Assembly: GCF_036321535.1 (NCBI RefSeq) | Contig: NC_087437.1 | Coordinates: forward strand, 120,590,001 to 120,654,000 | DNA length: 64,000 nt | Direction: 5' to 3' | Source of the DNA: Camelus dromedarius | Taxonomy: Eukaryota | Shown: one piece after another, positions 61,210-64,000 of the stretch | How positions within the stretch are numbered: the first letter of the stretch is position 1 | Layout: the number at the start of each line of letters is the position of its first letter | Notes under the pieces: model-generated | Seen by the model: only the letters and a program-made list of their open reading frames with translations | What the model was told of the DNA's origin: nothing | The model's database searches: none | Made by a program: the position numbers and the translations under genes

Positions 61210-64000
61210 TGCCCTGGCTGAGTGGGAAATGGGGTGCATGATTCTAGCATCCACTGCTAACCGTGATGGGATGACAGGGACTGGATTTCACCCCCAACTG
61301 AAACATGGGAAAACCAAACCAAAGTACGTGAAGCTGCAGACTTCAAACAGTGCACAACAGGAGCCCGGGGCGGTGACCCCTGACAGGGCAGGAGTGGGGG
61401 GCCGCCCTCCAGCTTAGCACCGGCAGCATCCGCGGAGCACAGGGCGGCGGGGCAGACCACGTTGGGCTAGAATCAGTGGACAGGAGTACTGGAGAGGCTA
61501 GGACTGCATGAATAAAATGCTCTGGGGAGCCGAGGGGCCCCAGGCTGAGGCTGCTTGTTGATCCGCGCACGTGTGTGGGAATCCCACCAAGGTTGGGAGA
61601 GCCTCGAAAGGAGGAGGTGAACAAGTCCCTTAGTTCACACAGGGCTGCAAGGAAGTTAGTGTTCTCACCCGCCAGGTGGAAGGAGTCCCAATTCAAAGGG
61701 CATCGGCTAGGGTCCCCATAGCCCTCAACACAAGCCCCCCCCAGGACTCACCTAAACAAAGCTTGAAACAAGCCTTGAAAGGGTCAGACCACTCTGAGTA
61801 AGGTAACTGCACCCCTGAAAAGAGCCTGACAGCGTTTGAGGGGCTGCAGCAAAGCCGGGCCTTCAACACATCGTGTTCACAGTGTCCCGGAACCAAGCAA
61901 GCAGCACTCGGCATACACACGAGTGGAGAAGCGTAACCCAGAAGATGAGAAAAGTCAGTTATCAGAAACAGATCTGGGTGGATCCACAACCTCCCAGATG
62001 ATAGAATTGGCAGAAAAGGATGTTAAAATGTGTGTTATAAATGTGCTGCGTGTGTTCAATGTCACAGAGAAAATACGAACAAGATGGGCAAATGGAGGCT
62101 ATAAAAAAGACCCGAGTCTCCTGAAGAGGAAGACATAGTGGGCGGGGTCACAGCAGGTCCCACGCTGCAGAGGCGGGGTCAGGGTTCTTGAACATCCAGC
62201 ACTGGGAACTTTCTAACACGAAACACAGGAAAAAGACAGGGGAAAAAGGAATGGCACCAGCGCACCACGAGAAGAGAAACAGGTATGAACGTGGATTCCA
62301 GAAAAAGGCGTGTGTGGTGGAAAATGTTTGAAAGAAATAATGGGTAAGATTTTTGCAAATTTGATGAAAACTTATTTTTCAAGATCAATCAATCCTAAGC
62401 AGAAGAAATATAAAGAAAACAAACCAATCATAATCAAATTTCTGGAAATCTTAATAGCAGAAGATCTTAAAAGCAGTCAGAGGCAAAAACCTACAGTGTT
62501 CAGAGAAAACCAAGGTGAAATCTCAGCGGACTTCTTACCAGGAGCTCTGCAGCCAAAGACGGTGGAGGGGCATCTTTAAAATGCAGCCTGCAGTCCCACA
62601 GCCACAGAATCCCTTTCCAAAGTGAAGGCAAAATAAAGACTTCTTCAGATATTCGGAAGCTGAAAAAATTAATCATCCCTGACTTTGCAAACCCAGATAG
62701 GACAGGTAGAAAGAGGATAGATTTAATCCCGGCCATGTCAATGATCACATCAAATTGTGGATGGCCTGAAAACTCCAAATAAAAGGCATTGTGTCAGAGT
62801 ATCAGATCAGATTAAAAAAACATTAGGTAAAAGTGCTTTCCACATTAAATATAAAGACACAGATAGGTTAAAAGTAAAAGGTTAGAAAAATAGATACCAT
62901 TGATTGCAAATATGAGTCAAAGGGTAATCCAAGTAGATAGATGAGTATGGGACAAGGCAGATTTCAGGACAGGAAATGTTACCAGGGATGAGAGCGGTAC
63001 CTCGTGGTGATCAGAGGGCTCCGTTCACCCAGAGAACGTAGCACTGAGTGAGTACGCGCCTAATGAGAGCTTCAAGATACACAGAGCGAAAACTGACAGG
63101 ACTGAAAGGGGAGTTAGGTGAACCCACCACTGTAGCTGGATATTTCGACACTCCTCTTTCAATAATCGAGAGGAAATCAGTAAAGATGTGGAAGGCTTGA
63201 ATAGCACCACCAATCCATGGAGCACCCCGTCCAAACAGCAGAATGCGTACTCTTTGCATGTACGTGGACCTTTCACCAAGGTGGACCAAATTTGGGCCGA
63301 AAAGCAAATCTTTTTTTTTTTTTTTTTAACATTTTTTATTAACAAATCTTGATAAATGAAAAAGGACTGAAACCTTACAAAGATTTCTCTGACCAACAGA
63401 GAATTAAACTAGAAATCAGTAATTAAAAGGTATCTGGACCCCCCCCCAAATATTTGAAAACTAAATGAACACACTTCTAAATAACCCAGAGGGAGAATCA
63501 CGAGGGAGACTGGACAGCGTTTTGAACTGACTGAGAATTACAACAACGCAGCAGGTTTTGTGGAATGCGAGTAAAAGCAGTGCTTAGAAATGAGTAGCAT
63601 TATTATATCAGAACATAAAACAGGCCTCAAATCAATGATTCAAACTTCAACCTTAAGAAAAAATAAAGAGCAAAGAGCAGAAATCAATGAAATAGAAAAT
63701 GAACAAAAGAAGAAAAATCAATGACACTGAAAGCTGTTTCTGTGAAAGAATCATTAAAATTGATAAACCCCTAGTTGGACTGATCAGAAAAAAGAGGGAG
63801 AGAAGAGGAAGTACCACAATCAGGAATGAGAGAGGAGGCATCGCTACGAGCCCTACAGGTGCTACAATGGTGGTCAGGGAGTATCATGAAGCACTCGATG
63901 CTGAGAAATGTTTGCCACATGGACGAAAGGGGCAGATTCCTGGAACAAAACAAATCACTAAAACTCACTCAAGTCAAAGTAGACAACCCAAGTAACCCTG
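61210..64000 (+). mobile_element. Old L1 (L1MC/MD-type) 5'UTR, ORF1 and ORF2 start, continuing past the window
   Basis: Translations QMIELAEKDVK, IMGKIFANLMK and KINDTESCFCERIIKIDKPLVGLIRKKRE...IRNERGGI align to L1 ORF1p/ORF2p; frameshifted. Confidence 0.85.

Larger units (their letters stand above)
43831..64000 (+). other. AGPAT3: Intron 1 of AGPAT3, continuing beyond the window
   Basis: Begins with GTGAGC. The recalled next human exon (GCTTGTCCAGCCGGAAGCCC...) and the ATG exon (MGLLAFLKTQ) are not seen, consistent with a long first intron. Confidence 0.65.

Noticed and set aside
61210-64000. Potentially active L1
   Set aside because: ORF1 and ORF2 are broken by many stops and frameshifts.

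Overview
Mammalian genomic DNA, GC-rich and repeat-dense. Five Vic-1-type tRNA-derived SINEs point to a camelid. The only gene I recognise is the 5' end of AGPAT3 on the + strand: a CpG-island promoter (~43.3-44.3 kb) and non-coding exon 1 (~43714-43830, donor CAG|GTGAGC). The rest of the window is its intron 1, and its coding exons are not in the window. This identification rests on my recollection of the human AGPAT3 5'UTR and needs a BLAST check. Positions 1-43 kb look intergenic (the RRP1-AGPAT3 interval in human) and are filled with L1 fragments, MaLR/ERV LTRs, MIRs and hAT DNA-transposon relics. I can support no protein-coding exon, RNA gene or CRISPR array; the long ORFs in the track reflect GC-rich sequence or decayed L1. 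I found no new protein-coding system. The most striking signal is compositional: an L1 ORF1 relic at ~3.3-4.1 kb has become a CpG-island-like tract (82-87% GC in the peak lines) through A/T-to-G/C substitutions. The same bias appears in patches elsewhere, including one young SINE. Several L1 rearrangements and a few splice-signal candidates are also noted. Repeat subfamily names come from remembered consensus sequences and their boundaries are approximate. N-runs lie at 25773-25919, 36791-36985 and 36996-37177.
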